A DNA stretch of 51,953 nucleotides, the filler included, from Sphacelaria rigidula (Eukaryota), in the NCBI GenBank assembly GCA_964200075.2. It is 3 parts of 3 records of this genome, joined end to end, with 100 filler letters (N's around TTAATTAATTAA, not from the genome) between each part and the next. Parts side by side here need not be neighbours in the genome. Positions count along the whole stretch, not along the records: positions 1 to 17,261 come from CAXNAA020001129.1; 2 more parts are not named here. One strand, written 5' to 3'. Each line of letters opens with the position of its first letter. Positions within the stretch are counted from its first letter, which is position 1. This document shows, piece by piece, positions 1 to 10,790 of the stretch. The notes beneath the pieces were generated by a model. That model searched no databases. It worked only from the letters and a program-made list of their open reading frames with translations, and had not been told where the DNA came from. A program made the position numbers and the translations under genes.

Positions 1-165
1 GTTTTTTCACTCTTTGCATTTTTCTCCGCGCGCCGCTAATTATAATTTTGAGTTGAAGCCTTCGAGGAACATAAATGCGGTGGACCTATCATAAAGGCAA
101 AAAAAACTTCGATCGCACTTTTTCGATCGAAAAAAAAAGTGCGAAGACACGCCCTGAGGCTACTT

Positions 166-619
166 ACTATGTATCAGAGAGTAAAACTTGTTGAAAAGTG
201 CATTTTTGGCACTTCTCCGTCGTTTTTCCCCTGAAAAGAGGGCTGGGCGGCTGTTGACACCTTGGGATGACTTGCTCTACTCGCTGAGACGCTTCCAGAG
301 CACACGTGCGTTTCCCGTAGGCCACGGTTTCGTTTTTGGCCAAACTTTTATTTTCAATAATAAACGGCCAAGTTACCAAAATAATGTCAGTTTTCCCCCT
401 GTTTTTTGATAACTTGACCGTTTGTTATTGAAAATGCAAGTTCGGCCAAAAAACGAAACCGTGACCTACGGGAAACGCACGTGTGCTCTGGAACCGTCTC
501 AGCAAGTAAAGCAAGCTATTCCAAGGTGTCAACAGCCGCCGTGCCCTCTTTGGGGGGGAAAAACGACGGAGAAGGGTCAAAATATACTTTTCAACAAGTT
601 TCACTTTTTGATACATAAG
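166..619. repeat. ~450-bp near-perfect palindrome (foldback MITE) with ~215-bp arms
   Basis: The left arm tatgtatcagagagtaaaacttgttgaaaag...caagttaccaaaa matches the reverse complement of the right arm ttttgataacttg...cttttcaacaagtttcactttttgatacata. The mirror-image ORFs 167-379/422-706 and 188-409/425-616 reflect this symmetry. Confidence 0.9.
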
Positions 620-622
620 AGA

Positions 623-1820
623 GGCTACTTCTTATGTATGAAAAAACACGTTATCAGAAAAGCCCTTTTTCTAAAGCACGTATTTCAACAGAATTTTTCA
701 AAGTAGCCCTGCTCGCGTGATCGACGCACTATCAACATTGAAAACGCAGTGTTCATTGTTTTCTATGAGGTGTGCAGGCATGATCTCAAATTCTGGGGCG
801 CGCGACAGAGACGCAGCACTCTGCTGTCCTGTCGTGGTGTGCGGTCCGTACTGACTGTACTACTGTGATACATTGCCTGAGCAATATATGGTGAGCTGCG
901 TGACGCAAGACTATCAAGAAGAACACCACCTTGCTGTACCAACTGACTGTAGAAGTGACGGTTGTGCTTTTTCACTGCATGGTAGTACTTACCTCAAACG
1001 ACAGCACGGATAACAGTACACACAACAGTGCTGTATTGCATGCATCGGCTGTGGGACTACAACAGTAGCATTGTTCATATTCTTGTGTGTACTGTCAATA
1101 CGGTCCTGTATCTACAAGGTTTGGGTGCGTAGGCAGTCTGTGCTGCAAAGCGACGTCTGTTTGCAACAAGCTGCATTCACAGACCTGAACTGAGCGGCAA
1201 GTTCGCTGCACTGTACAGTACAGACACTACTGTTGTGTTGTATGCGTTGAATCTACCACAGTAGTAGCACTACCTATCTCATAGTCTTGTGCGTACTTTC
1301 AGTCCGATCCTGTCTCTACAAGGCTTGGGTGCGTGGGCAGTCTGTAAAACATTGCGGCGGCTGTTGTTGACAACGCGCTGCGTGCACAGACCTGAACTCA
1401 GCTACAATATTGTACGGACGACATTAAACATAGACTGTCGTGTCTGTACAGCAGTCGCCATCGACCCTGCCCTCTGCTGTTGTCATGGCGTAAAGGGCCA
1501 CCACGCTACTGGCGAGCGAAGGATAATGATGCAACACGCTGAATGCCCGCGAGCACCACCGATAACAATTGTAGTGATGGCCGCCAAGCCATCACAGGTG
1601 CTGTCGTGGGCTGTAAGGTGTGTTCAAACGAGGTTCAAACGCTCTTTCGATGACATTTTTCGATAGCCCGAGGTTATCGGAAAATCCTGGTTTTCTAATA
1701 CCTTGGGCTATCGAAAAATGTTATCAGAAAAATTCTAGGATCACATGATGAGTGGGTTTTTGGTCGTTGATCAGAAAACGCGATGTCCGATAGAGTTTTT
1801 TTGAGACATACGAAGTAGCC
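623..1820 (+). mobile_element. PIF/Harbinger-like non-autonomous element, copy 1 (~1.2 kb)
   Basis: TIRs GGCTACTTCTTATGT (623) and ACATACGAAGTAGCC (ending 1820). An outer left end GGCTACTT at 158 is preceded by TGA (155-157) and the right end is followed by TGA (1821-1823), giving a 3-bp TSD. GGC termini with a 3-bp TSD are Harbinger-like. Confidence 0.7.
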
Positions 1821-2803
1821 TGAGGGCGTGTCCCAGCATTATTTTTCGATCGAAAATGTGCGGTGGAAAAAGAAAACTCCAAATGCGTAGGTTGTGATTT
1901 CAACTATCGTAGATTATGTTGACGGCAATCATGGCCTATCATATCGCAATTCTTGTTTCCACCTTACTTTTCCGATGGAAAAGTGCGATAAAAATATTTT
2001 TGCCGATCTGGTAGGTCCACCGCATTCATCTTCCTAGAAGGCTTCATCTCAAAATTATATTGAGTGGCGCGCGGAGAAGAAGTATTTGAGACAAGAAATA
2101 ATCCTTTTCGATCGAAAACATGCGGTCGAAAGGCAAGAAGCGGCCCTTGATTCCTATCTTACAGACCACCACGCCAGATAACACCCGTTCACAGAACAAT
2201 GCAAACTCCATCCAACTAATTCTCAGCTACCACCACAACCTTGAAGCATAAGGCACGAGCTGAGCACAGGGGTAGATACACTACAATAGTTGGGTGTGCT
2301 TTGTTTATTTTTTGTTGGCGAAAACTCGCGCATCTTCTTTCATGGTGGACATCAGCAAAGGAACTGCGTGGTACGGTGGGCAACCGAGTCGCGTACACGC
2401 TCATTGACAGCCGCTCATTGACAGTGCAGGCAGCACAGCTGCACGCGGTTGAAGTCCTTTTTACCTCGCATTGTAAGCAGAGAGAACTGAAAGTCTCGGG
2501 CTTCTGCACTGCACGTTGCTCGCTTCTCTTCCAAATCCTATTGTACGAAACACGCACACACGCACTCAAGGCACACGGCTTGCAAGCAGTGCAGACAGTG
2601 CAGACTGTCTGTACTGTACACGAGTGACCATGCACCGTTTCACGAATTTCACCGTCTTTTCTCGATCGAAAGCTTGAATATTCTCTTGGACCCAAGTCGA
2701 CAAAAATGAGTGATTTTCGCTCAAATCAATTTCACCGCCCAATTTTTTCGATCGAAATCAAACGTGCTAAGACACGGCCTAAGCGTGTGTCTACGCACAA
2801 ATC

Positions 2804-2950
2804 TTTTCGATCGAAAAAGTGCGGTGGAAAAGCAAAACTCCGATCTGATAGTTCGTGATTTCAACTATCATGGTTGATTTTGAAGATGGTTGGAATCACG
2901 ACCTATCAGATCGGAATGCTTGTTTTCCACCGCACTTTTTCGATCGAAAA
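2804..2950. repeat. Hairpin of the host foldback repeat (a diverged copy lies at ~1843-1988)
   Basis: ttttcgatcgaaaaagtgcggtggaaaagc...ccgatctgatag.tcgtgatt.caac pairs with gttggaatcacgacctatcagatcgg...ttttccaccgcactttttcgatcgaaaa. Confidence 0.85.
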
Positions 2951-2974
2951 ATGATGTGCTGAAAAACGGCCCAA

Positions 2975-4186
2975 GTCTACTTCTCATGTATGAAAAAACA
3001 TGTCATCAGAAAAACCCTTTTTCAACAGCACGTTTGTCACCGGAATTTTTCAAAGTAGCCCTGCTTGCGTGATCGACGCTCTATCAACATTGAAAACGCA
3101 GTGTTCCTCGTTTTCTATAAGGTTTGAGGGCATAATTTCAAATTCTGGGGCGCGCGAGAGAGACGCAGCACTCTGCCATCCTGTCGTGGTGTACGGTCCG
3201 TACTGACTGCCTGTACTGCTGTGATACATTACCTGAGCAATACATGGTGGGCTGCGTGACGCAAGACCATCAATAAGAGCACCGCATTGCTGTACCAACT
3301 GACTGTAGAAGTGACGGTTGTGCTTTTTCACTGCATGGGTAATACTTGACGGAAGGTACAGCACAGACAACAGTACACACAACAGTGCTGTATTGCATGC
3401 ATCGGCTGTAGTACTACAACAGTAGCACTATTCGTGGTCTTGTGTGTACTGTCAGTACGGTCCTGTAGTTACAAGGCTTGGGTGCGTAGGCAGTCTGTGC
3501 TGCAAAGCGACGTCTGTTTTCAACACGCTGTATGCACAGACCTGAACTGAGCTGCAAGTTCGCTGCACTATTGTACTCGGTTGTATGGGCAGCGCGGACA
3601 ACAGTACAGACACTACTGTCGTGTTGTACACGTTGGATGTACTGCATTAGTAGCACTGCCTATCTTATAGTCTTGTGTGTACCGTCAGTCCGGCCCTGTC
3701 TCTGCAAGGCTAGGGTGCGTGCTGTTCGCAACACGCTGCGTGCACAGACCTGAACTCAGCTACAATATTGTACGGACGGAATACAGCACAGACTATCCTG
3801 TCTGTATAGCAGTCGTCACTTGACCCTGCCCTCTGCTGTTCTCATGGGGTAAAGGGCCACCACGCTACTGGCAAGCGAAGCACAATGATGTATCATGCTG
3901 AATGCCCGCGAGCACCAACAATAGCAGTTGTAGTGATGGCAACCAAGCCATCACAGGTGCTGTCGTGGGCTGTAAGGTGCGTTCAAACGCTTTTTCGATG
4001 ACATTTCTCGATAGCCCAAGGTAATCGGATAATCCTGATTTTCTGATAACTTTGGGCTATCGGAAAATGTTATGAGAAAAAAATATATCAGAAAACGCGT
4101 TTTCTGATCACATGATTAGTGGGTTTTTGGTCATTTATCATAAAACGCGTTTTCTAGTGGAGTTTTCTCATGGATGAGAAGTAGCC
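2975..4186 (+). mobile_element. PIF/Harbinger-like non-autonomous element, copy 2 (direct repeat of 623-1820)
   Basis: Colinear with copy 1 over its full length (e.g. tgctgtaccaactgactgtagaagtgacggttgtgctttttcactgcatgg; ccaagccatcacaggtgctgtcgtgggctgtaaggtg). Ends are GTCTACTTCTCAT and ATGAGAAGTAGCC. Confidence 0.8.
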
Positions 4187-4930
4187 GGAAATGGTCTCTA
4201 CTGGGAACCATTTGACTTATATTTTGAAAAATTTAACGGGTGGTGACCAGAACCACTCTTATCGAATAAAATCGTGATGATTTTGAACAAACTTGATCCC
4301 CAAATTCTAAACGGATCCCAATTCCAGCCAAACGTTTAAAATCGGGAGACGATCCTGAACCTGTTTGAAATTTGGCACTGGAAGTGAAGTGGGAGACATG
4401 TCGCGTTTTACTGTACTACAGCACACATACGGATCTTTCATGTGCTGCACCTGTCACTACGTTGTCGTGTGCGCGTGTTTGGATCTTGTTAAAATTGTCT
4501 GTTCTCTGCTGGAATTACCTGAGCTGCTGTACTGCTATTATTGTGGTCCGAACAACTGCAGTCGGCAAACAGTGCTGTCTTGCCGAAGTTGACAATGCTC
4601 CACAGTCAGTATGTGTTTGTTGGATTTCGTCATTCCCAACAAACAAGGTCTTTGATGGGCAGACCCAGCATTCCTGTCCTGTAGTTGAAAGAGTAGTGTG
4701 GTGTTCTGTGAAGACGGTTTAATCTGCACTGAGGATCGCCTGAACTGCCGTACTGTTGTTGTGTCCCGGTCGGTACACACTGCCGAAAGCACCATCATGG
4801 TGTGTTGGATGCGTAGTGTTGTTTATGAAATCAACAATGCGATTTGTGCCCACATTAATACTTTCTGTGCTGTAGTTGTCGTTGCACTGACTTGTGCGTT
4901 TGAACCGACCGACCACGATTTGATGTACGC

Positions 4931-5290
4931 TCAAGATTGCCCAAGATGCTGTACTGTCGCTGGTCCGATCTGTACAGAATTTGGGTGGTAACGAAATGCC
5001 GTTGACACGAAGTTGGAAAAGGCACGTGATGATGGCTGTGCAGCCGTCATGTCTTCTTCGAGTTCTGTTGTACAGGTGTACAACTCCCATATGTACAACT
5101 CCAACTTGATGCCATAAAAGAGTGCTTTTTGGTCCCCGTTCAGAATCGCGGCAGGCAAGAAACGGATATGAATTGTTTCAAAAATATTTTTGTGAACTGC
5201 GCCCACCAGTGTCCACCTAATACACTGCCTGAGCAAATCATGTTTCAGTCGAAAAGGTGCGACGGTAAAGAAACATTCTGATTGTTTGGT
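4931..5290 (-). pseudogene. Possible decayed DNA-transposase fragment (DUF7869/Sola-like)
   Basis: The translation VHKNIFETIHIRFLPAAILNGDQKALFYGI resembles the LVxxxIFxxIxxxFLPxGHTHxDxDxLFxxI motif, but the GHxH part is degraded. Recognised by eye only. Confidence 0.3.
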
Positions 5291-5540
5291 CGGTCGCTAT
5301 TCATCGAAATGACTGCCAATCATACAGATCGCAATTTTGTTTCCCGCCGCACGTTTTCGATCGGAAATAATTTGCGAAGAAACGGCGTAGGATGGGAAAC
5401 ATTCGAGCTGAGCCGGCCACCATACTTTTTTTCAGAAGACAGCTCACGCGGAGCTGATTTTGAGACGTCCGACCGTTTCGTGCGGTTCGTATTTTCTTAT
5501 CGTTTTTTTCAAAATGCGATGGGAAAATACAAGCTTCTCA

Positions 5541-6510
5541 GGCTTCTTCTCATGTGTAAAAAATAACATGATGAAGAAGCCGTTTGCTGACAATCGGCCA
5601 TAAACCCACTTGTGATGTGATGACAAAACGCGTGTTTTCATAAAAACAAAATTCTGACAGCTATTTTCAATCGCTCAAAGTTATCAGGCGTCTCTGATAT
5701 CTATGTGCTACAGAAAAACGTTGTAAAAAAAGCATTCGAACTCCTTCTGCTCATCAACCCTAAATCCCTTCACACCCCAGAACAGCACCCATGCTGGCTT
5801 GGCGGCCATCACTGCGGCTGCTGCGGCTCGCCCCGGGCACTCAGCGTGGTACGTCTCGTCTCCCGGTGGCCCCTTACTTATCCCGTGAGGACAGCACAGG
5901 GCGGAGTCGATGGCGAGTACAGTATGTACGTAGTCCGCGCGAAGAGTACTTGTAGCACAGTTTAGCTCTGTGCATGCACTGTGCTGCCAACGGCAGTCGC
6001 AGTGCAGTACAGACTGTCGATTCAAGCAAGTCTTGCAGAGAGAGGACCGCTTGTTCACTCAAGGGCTACAAGTAGTCCTACTAATGTACAACCGTCGATA
6101 CAGTGCGGCACTGTCTGTGCTGTCCGTGCTGTCCGTGCTGTCCGTGCTGTCCGTACAGGAAAGTACTACTTTGCAGTGGAAAAGCACAACCGTCAGTTCT
6201 AGACAGGGAAAACAGCAAGGCGGCGCGCTAAATGATGGCATTTCGTCATGCAGCCCACCATATATTGCTCACTCAATTTATTTTAGTAGTATAGTACGGC
6301 CGTACATCACGACACAACAGCAGAGCGCTGTCTCTCTCTCGCACACCCCAGAATTCGAAAATCACGCCCACACGCCTTGTAGAAGACGATGAACACTGAC
6401 TTTCGGATTTTGATAACCTCGATCACATGAGAATGGGCGCATGATAAACATTTGTTGGAAAACGTTAATTTTTTTTGCTTAATGGGTTTTTCGACACATA
6501 CGAAGTGGCC
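5541..6510 (-). mobile_element. PIF/Harbinger-like non-autonomous element, copy 3 (inverted, more diverged)
   Basis: Reverse-complement homology to copies 1 and 2 (5790-5920 vs 1450-1600; 6170-6430 vs 710-990). Ends are GGCTTCTTCTCATGT and ACATACGAAGTGGCC, flanked by TCA (5538-5540) and TCA (6511-6513). Confidence 0.75.
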
Positions 6511-6527
6511 TCACGGTTTGTTTTTCA

Positions 6528-8179
6528 CACACCCTGGACACTACAATATGTAATATATATTGCCCGTTCAGTATGTCGACGCGTCGGGTGGTCAATATAT
6601 ATTGGGCGAGCAACATGATGGCACGAGAGAGGGTCAATATATATTGTGCCATCAATGTCAAGGCCCGTGACATGCAATATACATCGACCGAACAATATAT
6701 CACGGCACGCGCCACCTCAATATATATTGGCCAAGTAATATGTTGGTGCAAGAAGGCACCAATATGTATTTGTCGAGTAATATATTGGCTGCCACACGAG
6801 GAAAATATATATTGATGATTCAATATACTCAACACCCGAAGCGTCAATATATATTGCCGCCCCAATGTGTCGTGCGTCAATGCGTCCAATATATATTGGG
6901 CGGACGATATACGAGGAAACCGACGGTCACAATACATACTGGTGTAGCAATATATTTTGATTTTCAACATGTAGATTGGAAAGTGTATTGGAATTAGTAT
7001 GGTGGGCAACTCTGTATTCGCGGGCGCCATTGAAAGATGTGTCACCAGATGCCGAAAACGCTCAAAATATTCCTCCGCAAGCGTGTTTAATATATATATA
7101 TATATAGGCTGCATAATAGCTATGCGATGAGCATGCGCAATATATATTGGAAAAACAATACTTTTTGCATGGTTTGCGTTCACTATGTATTATGACAACG
7201 AGTTTTATTCATTGAACAAAGGGAAGACAATATGCTACGCATCGCTTCGACTCAATATATATCGACACTTCAATACATACACAGCTGGCATGCACAATAT
7301 ATATTGAATGTTTTAGTCCCGGAGCAAATGCATGTCCAATATATATTGTCATCCATTACTTCATGATCATGACACGAGCAATATATGTTGTTGCTTCAAT
7401 GTCTCCGAGGACATCTCAACACAAAATATATATTGAAAGGACAATGCTTGAGCTGGCTCCAATACAAAGCATTGGTATCATATTGAAACAAATTGTCTTG
7501 TCCAGGGGTATCAAAAGGCTCATATCGACCCGCGTTTTCTGTCATCGTGATGTTTAGCCAAGATATATTAATTACATGCTGTGAAGGGGATGAACGGTCT
7601 CGCACCGGTGGCCAGATAGGTATTAGAAGACGTATATACCGCGTCGTCTCTTCTGTCACCATACTTTCTGACCAGTATATATATATATATGTACATATGT
7701 CAGCGCATTCGACAATTCTCCGTAGTGATGCACGCGAACTTTTGTGGCTCCCTTTAAATTTTTTACCAAGCTAGACGGGCTCCGGCATCCATCGCGTCTT
7801 GACCTTTCTTGAAGCGTACACCACAATTATGATATCCAATATATATATTGACCGGCCAATACATTGACATCCACGCAGACCCAATATATATTGACCGGTC
7901 AAAATATTTCGATCAATGCGACTCTAACATATGTTGGTCGCCCACGCTGCCCATTATATTTTGATAGGACAATATGTGTTCAAACCCCAGTACCACGGAT
8001 GATGTATATATATTGGGCGGGCAATATGTATGCAGTCCTACGACATCAATGTATATATTGTGCGCGTAATACGTTTGCAGTCCAAGGGTACCAATATATA
8101 TTACGCCGGCGATATATCGCGAAATTCCAATATGATCGACCAGTACGTGTTGGAAACATATTGTAATGTCCAGGGTGTG
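6528..8179. mobile_element. Non-coding TIR element (CAC termini) filled with a phased ~42-bp CAATATATATTG array
   Basis: 24-bp TIRs CACACCCTGGACACTACAATATGT and ACATATTGTAATGTCCAGGGTGTG (1 mismatch). More than 20 copies of CAATATATATTG or close variants lie inside. No clean TSD. Confidence 0.85.
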
Positions 8180-8529
8180 ATATTTTACAAGAAATCCCTG
8201 AAAAAAATACGAGAGCAGGGAAATTTTACGAGATGCGCGCTCCCGGCTCGTATATTTCAGACAGGTACGAGCCGAGATCGAGTTGTATTTTTCTCTCGTA
8301 GTTTTCAACCAAGACACGCCGAGACTACCAACGCCCGCCAGCGCTGAAGACGTTTGTGCCATTTTCCGTTACTGCGGGGCTCTCCTGGCGGCAATGTTGA
8401 ACATCCCCAGCGCCGTTCACAAACTAGAAAAGACTCCGCTTCGCCATCCCTGCGCACGGTGAATGGCGTCAGGGGTTGATGATCTGTTCTTATCGACCGT
8501 GCTTTCGAAACCCTGCAACACCGACAGTA

Positions 8530-9000
8530 CAGTGGTGTCTGTGCTGCCTCATGCAGTACAATGTGTGTGTCGGCTGTAGTTAGACTAACGCGGACAACGT
8601 GAGAGATGTGGACAACGTGCGATGCCGACAGTACTAGACAGTACTATACTGTCTATACTACCGCATTCCTCAGTAGAACAAATTTCAGTTTGCACCCATT
8701 AATATACAATGGCTAAACTGAAAATGATTTGGACAACGTGCAGTCTAGAGAGTATTCAACAGCAGGGTGCAGATGTCAGTTTGCACCCAGTAATGTACAA
8801 CGGCTGCACTAAATATAATGAAGAGAGCGTTCAGCACAGACAGTACTAGGCAGTACGGTTCTCCCTGTACTGCCCCATACGGGAGAATAGGATTGAAATG
8901 TCAGTTTGCGGACGGAAACATACAACGGCTGCACTCATAATGGTATGGAGAAGTGCAGCACAGGCCGTACTAGATAGTGCACCACTGGCCCCGGTGAAAT
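8530..9000 (+). repeat. Degenerate tandem repeat with ~90-125-bp units
   Basis: The core tcagtttgc...tacaa(t/c)ggct..act starts at 8685, 8776 and 8901, with recurring ggacaacgtg and (c/a)gtactag(a/g)(c/t)agt blocks. Confidence 0.65.
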
Positions 9001-9381
9001 CAGCAGACGCGATGAAGCATGAAACTGCTTTTTCGGCTGAAATTGTGGACCATGTACGTGGTCACCTCCTCCAAAAAAAAGGTCTTGACTGTACACCACA
9101 TTAGACAAACTGACGGTGGGTGGTACTGTTTCTGCTAAATCAACCGCGAAAATAGTATGGAGAGCGCGAACCGCGTACAACCAGCCCAAGCGCTCGCACC
9201 TACATGTATACATCGACGCCACCGCTGGCCAAATCGTTCCTGTCCTCTGGTGCAGTAGCTGCAACGGGTTTGGTTCTTTGCAACCCTGTTTTCCGTCCTG
9301 GCGTGTGAGCCAGGCAACGGAAGCAGAGGTGGCACGATACTACGAAAAAAGACGCGAAAAGCGCAAAACACTGAGCATATA

Positions 9382-9895
9382 CTTCCTGTCTCATAAGTCT
9401 GCCGTTATGTTCGTTTGATCGTTTGGGTATTTCAACGCTGACGACTTGTTTTCAATACAAAAATTAGGTCAAAATGTACCCCATTCTGCCGCTTTTTGGT
9501 CCACTTACACCTTAATGTTGACCGATTTTGGACGTTTTTACGTCGAGTACTAGCAATTACATGCTGAAAAATTGTTAGATGGGGCGTGCCTAGGTTAACG
9601 TCACGGAGATATCCAAATCAGAGATGGTTTTGCGGTTTTCACATTTTTTCAACGATTTTCGCGATTCCCGGGTTTGTTATGCTTTACTGGGAAAAAAAGC
9701 GAGAAATGGCCATATTTTGACCGACCCACTTTTTCTCGGCGCGAGGCTGCACGGGTCGAGCACCCACGTTGCAGAAGGAGTATTGTTTTTAGCTAAAAAA
9801 ACGCCAACGAATGCAACCAAAGAATCGAAAATCAAATCGGACATCGTTCAGGGCTCATACAAACATGACGGCACAGTCTTATGAGACAGAGGAAG
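9382..9895. mobile_element. Stowaway-like (Tc1/mariner) MITE, 514 bp
   Basis: TA|CTTCCT--GTCTCATAAGTCT--GCCGTTATGTTCGTTTGA at the left end versus the reverse complement of the right end, TA|CTTCCTCTGTCTCATAAGACTGTGCCGTCATGTTTGTATGA. TA TSD at 9380-9381 and 9896-9897. The terminus resembles the Stowaway CTCCCTCCGT consensus. Confidence 0.85.
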
Positions 9896-10259
9896 TATGC
9901 ATACGAAAATCTGATCTGCTGCCTGGTGGAGTTTGGAGTTTTGCACCTTGTCCAACGAGGGGGGGGGGTGTCCTCATGATCATGCATGCCATAGTCGTCG
10001 GACCATTGACCTCGCATCGACCCCTAACGTTCCGTAACGGGAGGGGGGGGGGGATCACAGATTCCCATAATTCCAGCCTACGCCCCCCCTCCCCCCCGGG
10101 CTTTGTAGGGTTTTGCTTTGATATGTACTGAACAAACAGCTCTGTACCACTGTACCGTCTCTCATGGCTGTATTATGCGGTGCGACCATACTGTGCGGTA
10201 CAGTACCGTTTGCAGAACTGATCTGTACCTTTCTTTTCCGCATCAAAGTTTGAACCCCC

Positions 10260-10790
10260 CTCCCCATGCAAGGGTTGGCGCTACTTAGCAACGATGCTAT
10301 AAAACACGCCACGCACCATGTAAGCTAGGCAACCAGGTTGCCGGTTTTTCCGTTTGCGTTTTTTTACTTCGTTAACCATGATGGTGCTCGAGTTGGGTCA
10401 TTGTGTGCGGGGTGGAGGACCTGCACTCCGTGCAAAGGTAATGATCGTCCTACTTAGTGTTTCATGTTCTACACTTTGTATCGTATTTCTGCCACACTCC
10501 TCTGTTTTCAAGAGAATCGTATCTTCATATATTTCTCACTTCGCCGGCACCGACCCGGATGGGTGGTGGAAGGGGTAACCTATGGAGTACGCTGGGGTAC
10601 GTTTTTCATATTGGGCCTCTGCCGGTGTTCACATCGGAAAAATTCAATGTTCTGGCATACGCTGCGTGTCATGACAACCTCTTCCCTCTGTCTCCGAATT
10701 GCATACTTGAAGTGATCCGGACTCACTCCCTGGTTTTCAAGGGATTCACAGCTGTAAAACCATGGCAATTTGGACATGGGGCGTCAGGAA
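10260..10790 (-). pseudogene. Possible decayed KDZ-type transposase fragment
   Basis: Stop-riddled frames give CPNCHG, LPPPIRVGAGEVRNI*RYD and GKTGNLVA..VRGVFYSIV, weakly resembling the TGGxFxxxCxHGVCY region. Confidence 0.25.

Larger units (their letters stand above)
20..2080. repeat. Host foldback-type repeat: long inverted arms rich in the TTTTCGATCGAAAA palindrome
   Basis: 20-130 is the reverse complement of ~1968-2080 (ttctccgcgcgcc...ataattttgag.tgaagcctt...aatgcggtggaccta). gacacgccc (146-154) pairs with gggcgtgtc (1824-1832). TTTTCGATCG(A/G)AAA recurs near 120, 1843, 2105, 2745, 2804, 2937 and 5354. Confidence 0.8.

Noticed and set aside
167-706. Paired similar ORFs on opposite strands
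   Set aside because: They are a by-product of the DNA palindrome.
6551-8130. Calling the 42-bp array a true CRISPR array
   Set aside because: The repeat is only a 12-bp palindrome plus a half-site, the context is eukaryotic and bounded by TIRs, and there are no cas genes or leader. Reported as CRISPR-like in layout only.
9200-9340. VLWCSSCNG as a Fanzor/TnpB zinc-finger C-terminus
   Set aside because: No following RDxNAAxN motif and no RuvC motifs upstream.
10580-10777. HMG-box-like FFRCEHRQ (candidate sex-determining HMG gene)
   Set aside because: Only a few residues match, with no conserved W/Y helix pattern. Another frame fits a transposase relic slightly better.
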